Shown in pieces: positions 12,411 to 25,136 of a stretch of DNA of 64,000 nt. The notes under the pieces are model-generated. The model worked only from the letters and a program-made list of their open reading frames with translations. It had not been told where the DNA came from and did not search any database. Numbering within the stretch: position 1 is the first letter of the stretch; the number at the start of each line of letters is the position of its first letter. Source of the DNA: Sminthopsis crassicaudata (lineage: Eukaryota); assembly GCF_048593235.1 (NCBI RefSeq), contig NC_133618.1, forward strand, positions 58,438,478 through 58,502,477, read 5' to 3'. The position numbers were made by a program, and so were the translations under genes.

Positions 12411-12887
12411 GGGGGGCACGTAACATGCATCTTTGCCTCTTACCCTGGATCTCATTTGGGACAAGAGATGATTGACAAGGACCATCTGCATTTGGTTCAC
12501 ACAGGTTTCTGTTTCTAAGCTCTGGGACTCTGACACTTAGCTGTGCTTTGGGGAGCTTTGGTTATCTGCTTGAGTAGGCTGGCTGCCCCTGCATTGCTCC
12601 CACTGCTCCCAACCCAAACCCCAGTCTTCTATTTACTTCTCTGGGTCTGTGCTGTTCCCTGAGAGGAACAGGACTATTTCCCATGATGCCTTTGTACTCC
12701 AAATGATGAAGTGGTATTATCATCAGTCTACAGATGGGAAAACTGAGGCTCAGGAGGTCAAGGATCAGTCAGCATCAAGTGGGATGAGAATTAAAGTTTC
12801 TTATCCCCCCCTTCCCTACCCTTTCTTGCTTCTCTGCCCAAACCTGGATGGGCAGCAGGTGGGACAAGGTGAGATCTTGCCACTTAC

Positions 12888-12961
12888 CATAATGCCGAGC
12901 AGTACTTGTGCTCAGAAACAATGACGATGGAGCGGAACAAGCGGTCCACTGGTCTCTGGAT
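12888..12961 (-). CDS. DUS2: DUS2 coding exon 14 (IQRPVDRLFRSIVIVSEHKYCSALW), dsRBD
   Basis: 74 nt, tctAG/GTAAGT sites; ends in phase 2 (TG). Confidence 0.94.
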
Positions 12962-13269
12962 CTAGATGGGAAAAGAGTACAAAGGGGGCATGGGGACTGC
13001 AGGTGACGGCCTCAGAGAAACAGGATGTGGCCCTGCAGGAGCCTAGAGCAATGCAGTCCACCCTCACCAGTATCAGGAAAAATGCCAGAAGCTCCCATCC
13101 CCATGCTGCTCCTTGGCAGGCTGAGGAGGCCTTGATACTGTGGGCTGTGCTGACTCTACGTACTCTGCTAACAGCTTCACAAATCTGATCATCTGATCCT
13201 CATAATAAGCCAGGAGCTAACTGCTACACTACCCCATTTTAGTTTGAGAAAATTGAAGCAGAAAGAAGT

Positions 13270-14060
13270 TATTAAGTTACCACCACTTTTCTTGTCATTG
13301 TGTTCATTAGAATTCCTGGGTATGTCAGCAATTATTTTACACTTTCTATAGTTGTTTTAAAGGGATTTTCTCTTTCTGTCTCTTCTTGATTTTGTCTGGT
13401 AACAGAGAAATACTAATTATTTATATGGGTTATTTTTATTTACTTTTTTTCAGTTGGGCCTCTAAGGTTCTCTAAATAAACCATTGTATCCTCTGCAAAA
13501 AGTGATTGTTTTGTTTCATCTTTGCTTATGTCTATTCTCTCCATTTCTTTTCCTTGTCCAATTGTTATAGCTAGCATTTCTAGTACTATGTTGAATAATA
13601 ATAGTGATAATGGACACCTTTAATGTAAAGGCCATTAGTTCACCTCCATTACAGATAAGACATACAGATAATCTTAGTTTTAGATGAGAGGTTACTAATC
13701 ATCTAAAGAAAAGATCTATTTATTCCTATGCTTTCTAGTGTTTTTATTAGGAATGACTTGATTATATCATATCAAAAGCCTTTTCTGCACTATTGATTTT
13801 TGTTACTCGTTATGAATATAGTCAAAAATTTTCCTAATACAGAACCAGCCTTGTGCTCCTGGTATTAATCCAGCTTGGTTATATCATATGTAGTATGTAT
13901 GTGTGTGTGTATTAGTATATTTTTTTGTGGTGTGTTGCCATAAAAAGTGTCCTTGTCAGTATTTATAGCATCAGTGTTAATTAGGGATTTTGGTTTATAG
14001 TTTTGTTTCTGTTTTGAGTCTCCCTAGTTTAGGTATTCAGACTATATTTGTATCACGGAA
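13270..14060 (-). mobile_element. Degraded L1 ORF2 (RT region) fragment
   Basis: ttgaataataatagtgataatggacacctt...aaaagccttttctgca...ggtattaatccagcttggt. Confidence 0.75.
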
Positions 14061-14084
14061 GGAATTTGGTCATTACTTTTTACT

Positions 14085-14370
14085 TATTTATTTAAAACAT
14101 TTTAATAATAGCTTTTTATTTTTAAAATACATGCAAAGATAATTTTCAACATTCACCCTTGCAATACTTTGTGTTCCGAATTTTTCTGCCTCCCTTCTTC
14201 TTTCCCCTTTCCCTAGACAGCAAGTAACCCAATATAGATTAAACATGCGCAATTCTAAACATTTTTCTACATTTATCATGTTGCACAAGAAAAATCAGAT
14301 CAAAAAGGGGAAAAAAGAAAGAAAAAGAAAAAAACAAGCAAACAATAAAAAACATGAAAATGCTAGGTTA
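14085..14370 (-). mobile_element. Marsupial L1 3' terminus
   Basis: aatagctttttattttt...acatgcaaagataattttcaacattcaccct. Confidence 0.8.
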
Positions 14371-14917
14371 TTACTTTCTTAACTGCCAAATTTAATAGCC
14401 ATTTTCATATATGACTTCTGTAGCATTTGGTACTGCTGACAGCCTTTTCCTCCTGGATTCCCTGCCCTAGATTTGTGACTTTACTCTTAGTTCTCTTCTA
14501 TCTAACTATCCCCTTGCTGGATCTTCACCCAGACCTTCCTCCTGGGTCTTCTTCTCTTTTCACTCTCTAGCAGAGGTAACAAACATAGCCCAAGGACTAC
14601 ATGCAGTCCCAACCAAATTAAAAGGTAACTGTCAAACATTTAATAAAATTAAATAAAATACAATAAAATTTAGATTTACATTTTATAATTTACATTTTAC
14701 CCAGATAATATTTCAAAACAGTCAATATACGGCCCACAGGGATCTTCACATATGGATCAGTGGTTCCCATTCTTATTTGAGATTGACGTCATTGATCTAT
14801 ACCATCTCATTTAATATTCTCATTAGTTCACATAGGTTCAATGATCATATTCGAAAAGATAATTCTAAAATTTGTCTATCTGGCCCAGTCTCTTTCCTTT
14901 ATCACTAATTGCCTTTT

Positions 14918-15057
14918 TTTCCCCCCTGAGGCTGGGGTTAAGTGACTTGCCCAGGGTCACACAGCTAGGAAGTGTTAAGTGTCTGAGACTAGATTTGAAC
15001 TCGGGTCCTCCTGAATTCAGGGCTGGTGCTCTATCCACTGCGCCACCTAGCTGCCCC
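14918..15057 (-). mobile_element. Young WSINE1-type SINE
   Basis: Full-length; TSD CTAATTGCCTTTT at 14905-14917 and 15058-15070. Confidence 0.92.
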
Positions 15058-16377
15058 CTAATTGCCTTTTAAATATCTTAAATAGATGCCTCACAAGCCT
15101 CTCAAAATAGCTATGTCCATACTCATTATCTTTCCTCTGAAATCTTCTATACTTCTTTTGTATCATGGGTACCATCCTTTGTCCACAAACTAATTCCAAA
15201 AGAAGTTCATTTAATCTGATTAATATGTAAAACAGAAATCCTATGACAGCCATATCTGACAAATGGTCACACCAATCTAAGATACAATTGGACTTTTATG
15301 TCCTATTCTTGAAACCAATTGGTTCTTTGTGATCACTGCTTCCTTTCTTTCTCACTCTAATCTCTTTAAAAAAGCTTTAGAATTTTGCAAGGAATTTAAA
15401 TCTAGCTCATGGATGTATAGCAGATCCTATTTGTTTCTCCCTTTTCAAAACTGGGACATTTATCCTTTAGCCCTGGGTTACCCTCTCATTTACTATAATC
15501 TTTCATCTCTCACTGACAATGGTATAGCATTTAAATTCACTAGTCCCTGAGTATGAAGTTCTTCTGGGACAGGTGAGCTGAATTCATCAGGGATATCTCA
15601 GCATCTCAGTGCCTTAAAGCAGACTAGATATACCGGCCATTTTTGTTCTCTTTTTTAGTCCAAAAGTCAGGGAGAGAGCTGCAAGGGAAGAGAGCACTGG
15701 ACTCCCCCTGGAGTGAATTCTTCGGCTTTCTCACTGAAAATGAGAATGTTGGAATGAGATGAGTCCTGTATTGCCTGCTTCTGCTTCCATAATCAGTACC
15801 TATCTTTGGAAAATCTAAGTTGGTGGGTAAGCTCTCTGTGTACCCATATTGTTCTCTTCAGATCATTCCCAGTATTTCATCGTGCTGGAATTGTTTTTCT
15901 ATGCGACTTCAAAATTTAATTCTTGAGAGTTTCATGTCCTTTCTGGGTGGTTTTCCCTTGTTGCAATTTTAATTATAGGATCCTATTTATACTTTCCTGA
16001 AATATATATGCTCTCTCAAAATTCAAAGTAGAATGTCAGACTATATATGGCTTTCCTTTCCTTCTTTATCACAAATTCTGAGGAGCTAATACTTTTCTCT
16101 GCAGTGTTCCCATCACTTTCTCCTTAGCAATCAATTCTTCTATATTACTCAGAATCAGATCCTAACTAGAATTTTTTTGTTGCTTCTTCCACCTTTTGAA
16201 AGATGACATACTTAAAGCAATTAAGGAAGTTGTTAGCTGCTTTGTCTGGATAACTGAAGTTCTCCACCACTAGTAGATAGATTATGCCTCTAGGCCAGGC
16301 TCATGTTTTATTTCCTGAGCTTGTTTATTTCCCTTTTGGTCTATGTGGTATGTTAAAATTTATTAACAAAAAGATCA

Positions 16378-16845
16378 CTTCTTGAGCAGAACTAAAAGAA
16401 CATCATACACAGTAACAACAAGATTATGTGATAATCGACTGTGATGGACTTGGCTCTTCTCAACAATGCAATGATTCAAAGTAACTCTAATAGACTTGGG
16501 ATGGAAAGTGCCATCTGCATCCAAAGAAAGAACCATGGAGACTGCATGTGGATTAAAGCACAGTATTTTCACCTTTGTTTGTTTGTTTTTGTTTTTTTCT
16601 TTCTTGGGTTTTTTTCTTTTGGTCTGATTTTTCTTGTACAACATGACAAATATGGAAATATATTTAAAAGGACTGCACATGTTTAACTGTATCTGATTGC
16701 TTGTTGTTTTGGGGAGAGGGGAGGACAAGAAGGGAGGGAGAAAAATTCAGAGCAAAAAGTCTTACAAAAAATGAATGATGAATATTATCTTTACATGTAA
16801 TTGAAAAAATAAAATACTATTGAAAATGAAAAAAAAAAAAAAACA
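16378..16845 (+). mobile_element. Marsupial L1 3' end with poly(A)
   Basis: gagcagaact...catcatacacagtaacaaca...aataaaatactattgaaaatg(A)n. Confidence 0.85.
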
Positions 16846-18253
16846 AAGAAGTCACATGCAAAAAAGAAAGCCTTCTTTTTCTGCTTCCATCAATTTTTAT
16901 CCAAGTGCTCTTCCCCACCACATTTCCCCACTGGTTCCTGAATCTCCTAATATGAATACATGTTCTTAATGTACAATGCTGCCTCATCACAAACCTGAGT
17001 CAGGAAGCCTTGAATATGAATCTCACCTCAGACATGTATAACTAGCTCACTATGGGCAAGTCACTTAACCTATCTGTCTCAGTCTCCTCCTTTATAAAAT
17101 GGGGTTAATAATAGCAACTACATCCATGGTTGTTGTGAGGGTCCAATAAGAAAGTATATATAAGACACCAGGCAGACCTTAAAGTCCTAGATCAATGCCA
17201 TCATCACCATCATTATCTCGTTTGAGTGGTCCCCCCCACCCCAGGCCTGGGTCTCATATCCCTAAGCTCAGTGCTGTCTGTGCAGACACATTCACCTCTG
17301 CACTGGTCACCTTATTGGCTATTTCAACTTCTCGCCACATGACGTGGACTCAAATCTTTGTACCCACGGGTCAGCCCCCAGCTGGCCAATGTTCTTCCCA
17401 CAATGGAGCATCCACACTGAGCAACCCATTATACTCAATCTGGTCTGTCTAGGCAAGAATATATTGACTTCATCTTCTAAGGCAGCCCTAGAAGATGGTA
17501 CTATTTTGTGCTATCCCACCGATGAATCATCTAGATCTTGCCACATACTACGATTCCCAGAACGTTCTTACACAAATGGTTACCTAGCTACGCCTCCTCC
17601 CCCTCCTTATCTGGGCAGCTGATTTTGTGAAGCCAAGTACATGATATTTATTCGTATCCAATCTAGTCTTATTTTGATTTGGTCTATTACTTTATTTTAT
17701 CTTGCAAAGATCTTTTTAACCGGACTCTCTCACCCACAGCACTAGCCTTTCTCCTAGCTTTGTCATTTGTAGATTTGCAAGCTTCATTTGTGTCTTTAAA
17801 GCTTGCAAGTCACTGATAAAAAATGCTGAATGGCACAGGAGATCTTGGGACATCCCACTAGAAACCTCCTTCTAAATCAGTCTATTAATTCTTTAAGTTT
17901 GATCAATCAGGTCAAAATTCGCCTAGCTATATCATCACCCAGGAACTGATTATGATAGTGGCTTTTGCCAGATATGAAGTAACTGCTTCTAATTTAATAA
18001 TTAACTTTTAAATTAATCAGGATTCACCAAGTGGGCAAAATACATGTTACAAGAAGGCATCATCCTGTCCTGGCCCTGTGATGGGAAGAGAGGCTCCGAT
18101 CAGTTTTAGGATTTGTGGACTGGGTCTCTTAGTGAGCTCATGGAAGCTTTTGTTAGTGCCAGATTTCCTAGATCTGTCTTTGGACCAATATAGGGAGACC
18201 AGCCTGACCTTTACCCACTCCCAGCTTCTAACCAACCAATATGGGTTATTTTC

Positions 18254-18397
18254 TTTTTTTTTTCCTGAGGCTGGGGTTAAGTGACTTGCCCAGGGTCACA
18301 CAGCCAGGAAGTGTTAAGTGTCTTGAGGCCAGATTGAACTCGGGTCCTCCTGAATTCAGGGCTGGTGCTCTCTCCACTGCGCCACCTAGCTGCCCTT
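18254..18397 (-). mobile_element. Young WSINE1-type SINE
   Basis: TSD AATATGGGTTATTTTC at 18238-18253 and 18398-18413. Confidence 0.92.
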
Positions 18398-18535
18398 AAT
18401 ATGGGTTATTTTCAGCTAATTTTGGGCTAATATGCTGTCTCAAGTAGGCCTATTGTAACACGCTGAGGCAGATAGGAAATGGATTTTCCTATCTGTCCAG
18501 CAGAACAGCAGAATGGACTCCCATCATCAACTCAC

Positions 18536-18623
18536 TGTTTCATACACTGGTTGAGCTAACTTCTCCTTTCGGCACCATTCCAGCAGGCACATCTTGGGAG
18601 TGATCTGGGGTGCGTACTGTCTC
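18536..18623 (-). CDS. DUS2: DUS2 coding exon 13 (RQYAPQITPKMCLLEWCRKEKLAQPVYET), start of dsRBD
   Basis: 88 nt, ttcAG/GTGAGT sites. Confidence 0.96.
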
Positions 18624-20089
18624 CTGAAGGAGAAAAAAAAAAGTCAAAGCTGAGTGGAGAAGGGAAGAAAGAGAGAAAGGAAAACGCTGTCAACCAGTTC
18701 TTTCCTTCCCTCCTGGGTGCAAGCAAGACAAAGGATGCACTGTAATGGGACGCAGTTTATCTGCAAGGTGGCTCACAGGTGCTCTACTCTCCCTTATAAT
18801 GCTTGCGAATCTGAAATGTCTGGTTCTGAGGAGCAAAAGGAGCAGTAAGAGGGCCTGGGTGAGCTGTGGGTTCTCCTTGCAACACTGATCTCTCACTCAT
18901 CTACGGAGAGGCTGAGCTACTGTGGAAGCAGAAAAAGCACTGGCTTTGAAGCCAGAGGATTTGGGTTTGACACCAGCTCTATGGCTGAATACTGCGTGCT
19001 CTTACTTTCCTTATCTGTTAAATGAAGGTGCTAGATTAGGTCACCTCAAAGGCCCCTCCCAGCTCTAACTCTCAATGTCCAGCTGTCCACTGAGCAGGGG
19101 CATCAGTCCAAGAGGAGCCATCCCAGCTCACAAAGTTCCTATTAACTGGGACCAGCAGCACCATCTGGTTCAGAAAGAAAGAGGGGGGGGGGGGGGAAAG
19201 GATGGCAGGAGCTAGGCACTGGGGCCTACAGGACTGCTGGACCCAAAATCAGGCCTGTGAGACTGGAAAAAAGCACCTTTTCAGAGGTGAGCAACTTAAT
19301 GCTGTAAGCGGTGGGGGAGGGGCAGGCAAGCGTCAGGACTCAAGGTGCCTTGTTACCTGGATGTTCTGCTGTCAGGCGCCTCTCTGTCACCTGACTGCCT
19401 CCTCTACATACAAAAGGCCCGTCCCTTGCCCTGGACTCTGAAGTGGCCTCCAGAATAAAGGCCCAGAACCAGCAGACCTGCCCTCAGGGCCTGGGGGAAG
19501 GGGCAGATCCCAGCTCACACAGAATGACCATCCCAAGCAGGGATGAAATTCATGATTCAAGCAAAGTCTCAGGGGAAAACCAGCGGGAGCGTCCCGGGCA
19601 GCCTGCGCAGCTGTCCCAACAGGATGGCCAGTCTAACGAATGACAACCACATCAGGAGAACAGAAAAGAGGCTCTGGGAGATCCCTGTGAGCCTGGGGGG
19701 GAGGGGAGAAGGCGGCAGTGCTGTCTGAGCCCTGAGAGCACCCGGCCTCCTCCAGAGGCCCAGCCCAGGCAGAGAGGGAGGGTGGGGAGGCAGCTTCCTG
19801 GGCTCAGTCAGCCAAGCGCTGCTCTGCTGCTGCTGCCCCAGGAAGATAAGGGGGGGGGGGCACTTCTTAGCAGAAAGGTGCTGCCCTGTCCTGGGAGAGA
19901 GAGAGGTCCATCACAAATCAGGGAACGCTTGGGTTTTTTGGAGCTTCCTGGCTGGTTCAGGAAAGGCGTTTGCCACAAGAACCCAACAACGATCGGGGTT
20001 CCCATTCTTGGGTATTCGGGCTGCCTGGGCGCCCTCCCCAGCACTGGCGGGTTCACCATTAGCCCCACTTTCCGGATGGAGCATCTCCT

Positions 20090-20420
20090 AACTCCTGTGA
20101 CGCGGCTGCCGCTTACTTGTCGAACTTGACGGCCATCTGGATGACGTCGCCGTCTGCGGCCTGGTCCTGCTCCTCCCGCGCCTCCCTCTGCAGGTCCGCG
20201 GCTTTGGCCTCCAGCTCTGCCGTCACCCTCTCGTAGAAGCCGCCCAATTCGAAGGCCTCACTGCGGAAGACACCGGAGCCTCTGTCACAAGCTCGGCCCA
20301 ACCGCTCCGGTCCCCCGTATCCAACCACGCTCGGCTTCCGCCCCCTCCCTCTCCCGACCGAGCTGCACTCCCAGCAGCGCCCGTCAAAGCCCTCGGTCCC
20401 TCTCTCAGCAGGGGGCTGTT
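20090..20420. promoter_or_regulatory. Small intragenic CpG-rich region over DUS2 exon 12 and its upstream intron
   Basis: Many CpGs and near-uniform G/C third codon positions, unlike the other exons. Confidence 0.5.
20117..20260 (-). CDS. DUS2: DUS2 coding exon 12 (EAFELGGFYERVTAELEAKAADLQREAREEQDQAADGDVIQMAVKFDK)
   Basis: 144 nt, cgcAG/GTAAG sites; divergent linker ending in the conserved MAVKFD. Confidence 0.95.
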
Positions 20421-21893
20421 AAGGGACCACCTGTTGATCCATTTTAGTTGGCTGCAATGGTTCATCCCCACCACCAGACGGCACTGTGGTGCCAGGAAGC
20501 ACACACCTGGCCACCACTAGCCAGGGAGGAAGTGCCCCCTTGCAGTCTTGGTGCTGGGTGGGGAGCCTCTGACTTCCAGGGCACAGGAGGCTGCCCAGTC
20601 AGCCACCGGCAATGACGGGCTCAAGTCTAGGTGCAAAGACCTCCCCGCTTGACTCCTGAGGGTTGCTAACTTTGTGTGGCTGACAAAAAGAGTAGAAAAG
20701 GCCCCCTCCGCAGGCCTCAGACCCTGCAACAGTCCTGATGCATGATATTTCTAAGGGCCCCAGGGTGTCTCCGTCCCACCCAGCCCTGGGGGCTCGGAAG
20801 GAAGCTTCTCCCTAAGGACCCCGGGGATGGGCCACAGCAGGAAGCTCCTAGGGCAGCAGGGCAGGAAAAAGAGCCCAGAGAGGGCGGGATAGCTGCCTAG
20901 GAGGGAAAGCCCAGCGTGACTCCATAGAGGGGATGGTGATGTGGGAGCGGACTTGATCCCTGAGGAACACTCGGCTCTTTCTCACAAAAATGTCAGACCC
21001 TAATAGAAATATCTGCACCAGAGGAATCTGGGACTCAGCTGCTTTGTCTTTTATGTGTTGCTGTACTTTATTGTGTCAAATGTTTCCCGATTAATGTTAC
21101 TAGAGGCCAGGCAGCACTCTGGAGGGCCGTGGATCACGTGTGTAACACTTGTGGTTTAATATGTCACTGAGGACGTTGATAAGGGCACAATCTACAGATC
21201 TGCTGGGATGGCCTCCCTGTCAGAGGCAGGAACCCAGCCCTCAGAGCACTGGGCCAGATTGAATGATGTGAAACTAGTAGGGGCCAATGTAAAGGTTTAC
21301 ATGGGCTCAATGGGCACTGGCAGGGAGGCTGGCTTACAAGGCCCTGCAGGTTACTTCTTTTTAGCTTGTTTTCTGCAGGAAATATCTGGCAAGCTAAAGA
21401 GGAGCTTTGCTCTAATAAGCACAGGGAATCACTTAATTGATTAACCAGAAAGTTTGAAGGAGTCTCTTTTTTACTCAGGTTTATGTTTTTCAGATTCCCA
21501 AATTCAAATTACATTTGGGTTCACATTTCCCTTCTGAAATATATAGAATAATGTGTCTGAGAAAGGTCTTGGGATTTATAGCTAAATCAGCAGGGTGATA
21601 GGACGGCCCAAAAAGCCGCTGCGGTCTGGCGCTGCAGCTCCAGGAATGAGAATGTGAGGCCTTGGTAAGTTCCAAGAACAGGCTTCAAGGAAGGTCTGGA
21701 CAAGCACTGGTTTAAGGAGGTTGCACAAGGATTCAGACTGCTCTGGAAGAGCACTGAATGAGGTCCCTTCTAACCATCCGTCCGCTAGAGCCTGGACCTC
21801 CTCTGCCCCCCGACCTTCTCCAGCACTTACAGCTGCAAACACCTCTCATTTCATGTCAGCACAAGTTCACATCAGCCCTCTACTGCTATTTCA

Positions 21894-22103
<210 letters not shown>

Positions 22104-22437
22104 TTAGGCTGAGGAGGGGTGAGGGAGGAAAAAGAGAACCCTTTTTTAGGATCCTGCTCGATCTCCTGTCTGGGTGATCTGAGCAAGCCATGATCCCTCC
22201 TCCTCCTCCACCCCCACCCCTGTGAATAGTTTCCTTATCTGTAAGATCTTGAGCTGGCTGACCTTGGGGCCTTTGCTGTACAGATCCACCCTGAGTGGGG
22301 GAAAGAGATCAGCTTTCTTGATATCACTGTGGTTAGAGTAATAATGATATGCACATTTTCATGGCTGTGAGAGGATGCTCACTATTTATGCCTAGGCAAT
22401 ATCAAAGTCAGGACTTGAACTCAAGAGTTAGTTGGTT

Positions 22438-22530
22438 TCTTCTTTCTCTCTCCTTCCTTCCTTTCCTTCTTCCCTTTTCTTCCTTCCTTCTCTTCCCTCC
22501 CTTCCCTTCCTTCCTTCTTTCCTTCTTCTC
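22438..22530. repeat. Polypyrimidine (CTTC/CCTT)n low-complexity tract
   Basis: Direct reading. Confidence 0.85.
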
Positions 22531-24382
22531 TCCTAACATGACATACATCACTTATTTTTTATTCCATTTCTAAGTTTTTAAGTGAATTGTGTTTTAGAAA
22601 CAAAATTCATTCTGTAGCAATTGTGAATTTATTGAACCCAAGGATGGCAGGCCCTAATGACAAGGGAACATTTTTCAGAGGAATCTGCACACCTGGATCC
22701 TCTCATGAATGGGAGAGTTTCTTTTTAAAGAAAAAATTGTATCTTACACCAAGTGTTTGGTCCTTCTACGTAAGGGGTGGAGAACCCAGCATGAGGGGGA
22801 AGGATGCTGTCCACTACTTATAGCTTTCCAGATGCTTCCTAGATGATGAGTAAACGTTATGATTCATGTTTCCTACGGTGTAGAGGCTCAGGGGAACACA
22901 CAGTCCTTTATGACAGAGCTCCTACCTCCCAGGAAAGCCCCTCATCCCCACTCCTAGTGGTTGGTTAGAACCCTGTGCAGTAGGCCATGTGGCTCAGCTT
23001 TCACCAGACGCATTACCTTATAGAAGTCCAGGCTTTAGGCCAGGAAAGAGCCCTGCTATTTGATTTTCCCATTTTACATATGACTTGCCCAAGGGATAAG
23101 CAGCAGAGCTAGGTCCCCTTCCCTGCCCTCCAGAGGCTGTCCCTTTACTGGAGGGCAATCAATCAAGAGTCTGCTTTTTCCAGAGCAAGTGCACTCAGGC
23201 CAGGGAAGAAGGGGAGACGAGTCCTCTGCCTCTGCTTGCTCTGCTCAGCCTCATCCCATTTCCTCTGGCTGCTGCACTGGGTCGACGTGGCTTCACCCTA
23301 GCTCATGCCGCTTCCATTTGGCAGCCAGAGCACCCTCTGCCCAGTTCCAAGCACATCCCTCTCTCCATCTCAACATCTCTACAGTGGGAAAGGATCCATC
23401 ACTGGCTCCTGGGGAGTAGCCCCTGTGACAGTGCATTATTTCTGCATTTTGGGTGGCGTCTATGTGACAGCATGCCCCTGGAGAACCTCATGGGCCAACC
23501 ACAGGCTGAGAGAGCAGAGCGCCTCTTTTTGACCAGTTTTATGTTTTTCAAATTTGCAAGCTCCACTTACTCTTGGTTTTTCCCTTTTGATCTCATTTTT
23601 CTTCTGAAATACCCAAAGCCACTGCAGCTGGTAGCCAGGGCGCATCCCAGAGTACAGGGACTAAGGATTTCAGCGCTCCCTAACTTTACGTGGGAGCTCA
23701 GGAATGGACATGCCACACCGCTTCAGGCTTTTAAGGGACTGGCCTTGCTGAACATGAGTCTGTCCCAGATTTTCCAGACTGGGCCCAGTAACCCTCTGTC
23801 ACTCAGAACCATTCAGTACTCCAGTACTCAGTCAACTTGTGTCACTGTTCAAGTCAAAGATATGGTTATGGTCCCTCTGTCAGTGGGATGAAAGCAATAC
23901 AGACACAACATTTTAGCAACTTCTTTTCTGGCTCAAATGTTATCCCTTTGCCCCTCACTTAGTTATGCTCATTAAGGATTTATTTATAACTGCATCTGGC
24001 AGCTCTTTCCAGCCCTCCCTCTAAGGGAAACTGGTTTAGGAATAGCTAACTCCCAATCTCACCTTCCTGGCTCACGGGTTTAAAATATTCTGGGAATGAA
24101 GCAGTAGGTTCTTAGAAACGGTTTTGATTAACGGCCCAAAGATACATTGCCATGGAGATAATTTTGTCCACAACAGCTGTTAGGTTAACCCCTTCTACCC
24201 TGTTTATCCCTCTACTCTGGTCATTCTACCATAATTTACGCTTAGATTGTGGGTGGGATAATCTGCTTTTGCAGCTGTTTATTCTGTGTATGCTATAAAA
24301 ATTCACGTCTATATCATTCCTATTCTCCCTAATACTAAATATTACTACCTTTCCTGGGGCAGAAGTTATATTTTCTTTCTTT

Positions 24383-24423
<41 letters not shown>

Positions 24424-24902
24424 TAGATAGATACAAAACTTTACAGAGATGAACAATTGAGTCTTTGGCCAGTCCTGTAAACAGTTCTATTGACCTTTCA
24501 TTTAGCATCTTTCCTGTTTTAGTGTAGTCAACCAGAGGAAAGAAAACAAGCAATATTTTAAAAACTAAGAGAAAAAAACTTGAGAGCAGGAGGTCTGAGG
24601 TGTAGATTAATATGATATTCCTGAATGAGAAGAATTTTAAGAAAAAAGCTTTAACCAAAGACAGCATAGTGAACAGGGAAAAGATGAAATAATGTATAAG
24701 TAAAATAATCCGGCAGCTAAGCACAACATAAATATCAGTACACACACATAGACACACAAAGGACTGGAGTGGGTGGGTAAGTACAACAGAAAAAGCTGTG
24801 GGTGGGTAAAGTGAGGAGCAATGCTCCACAACTATACATGTATCACCTTGGACAAGTCACTTTGGTAGTGAAGGCTGTTTCCACCTCTGGACAATACCCC
24901 TA

Positions 24903-25136
<234 letters not shown>

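Noticed and set aside
24335-24829. 164-aa hydrophobic ORF
   Set aside because: It is a by-product of T-rich intronic sequence including a T38 run (poly-Phe), with no recognisable domain.
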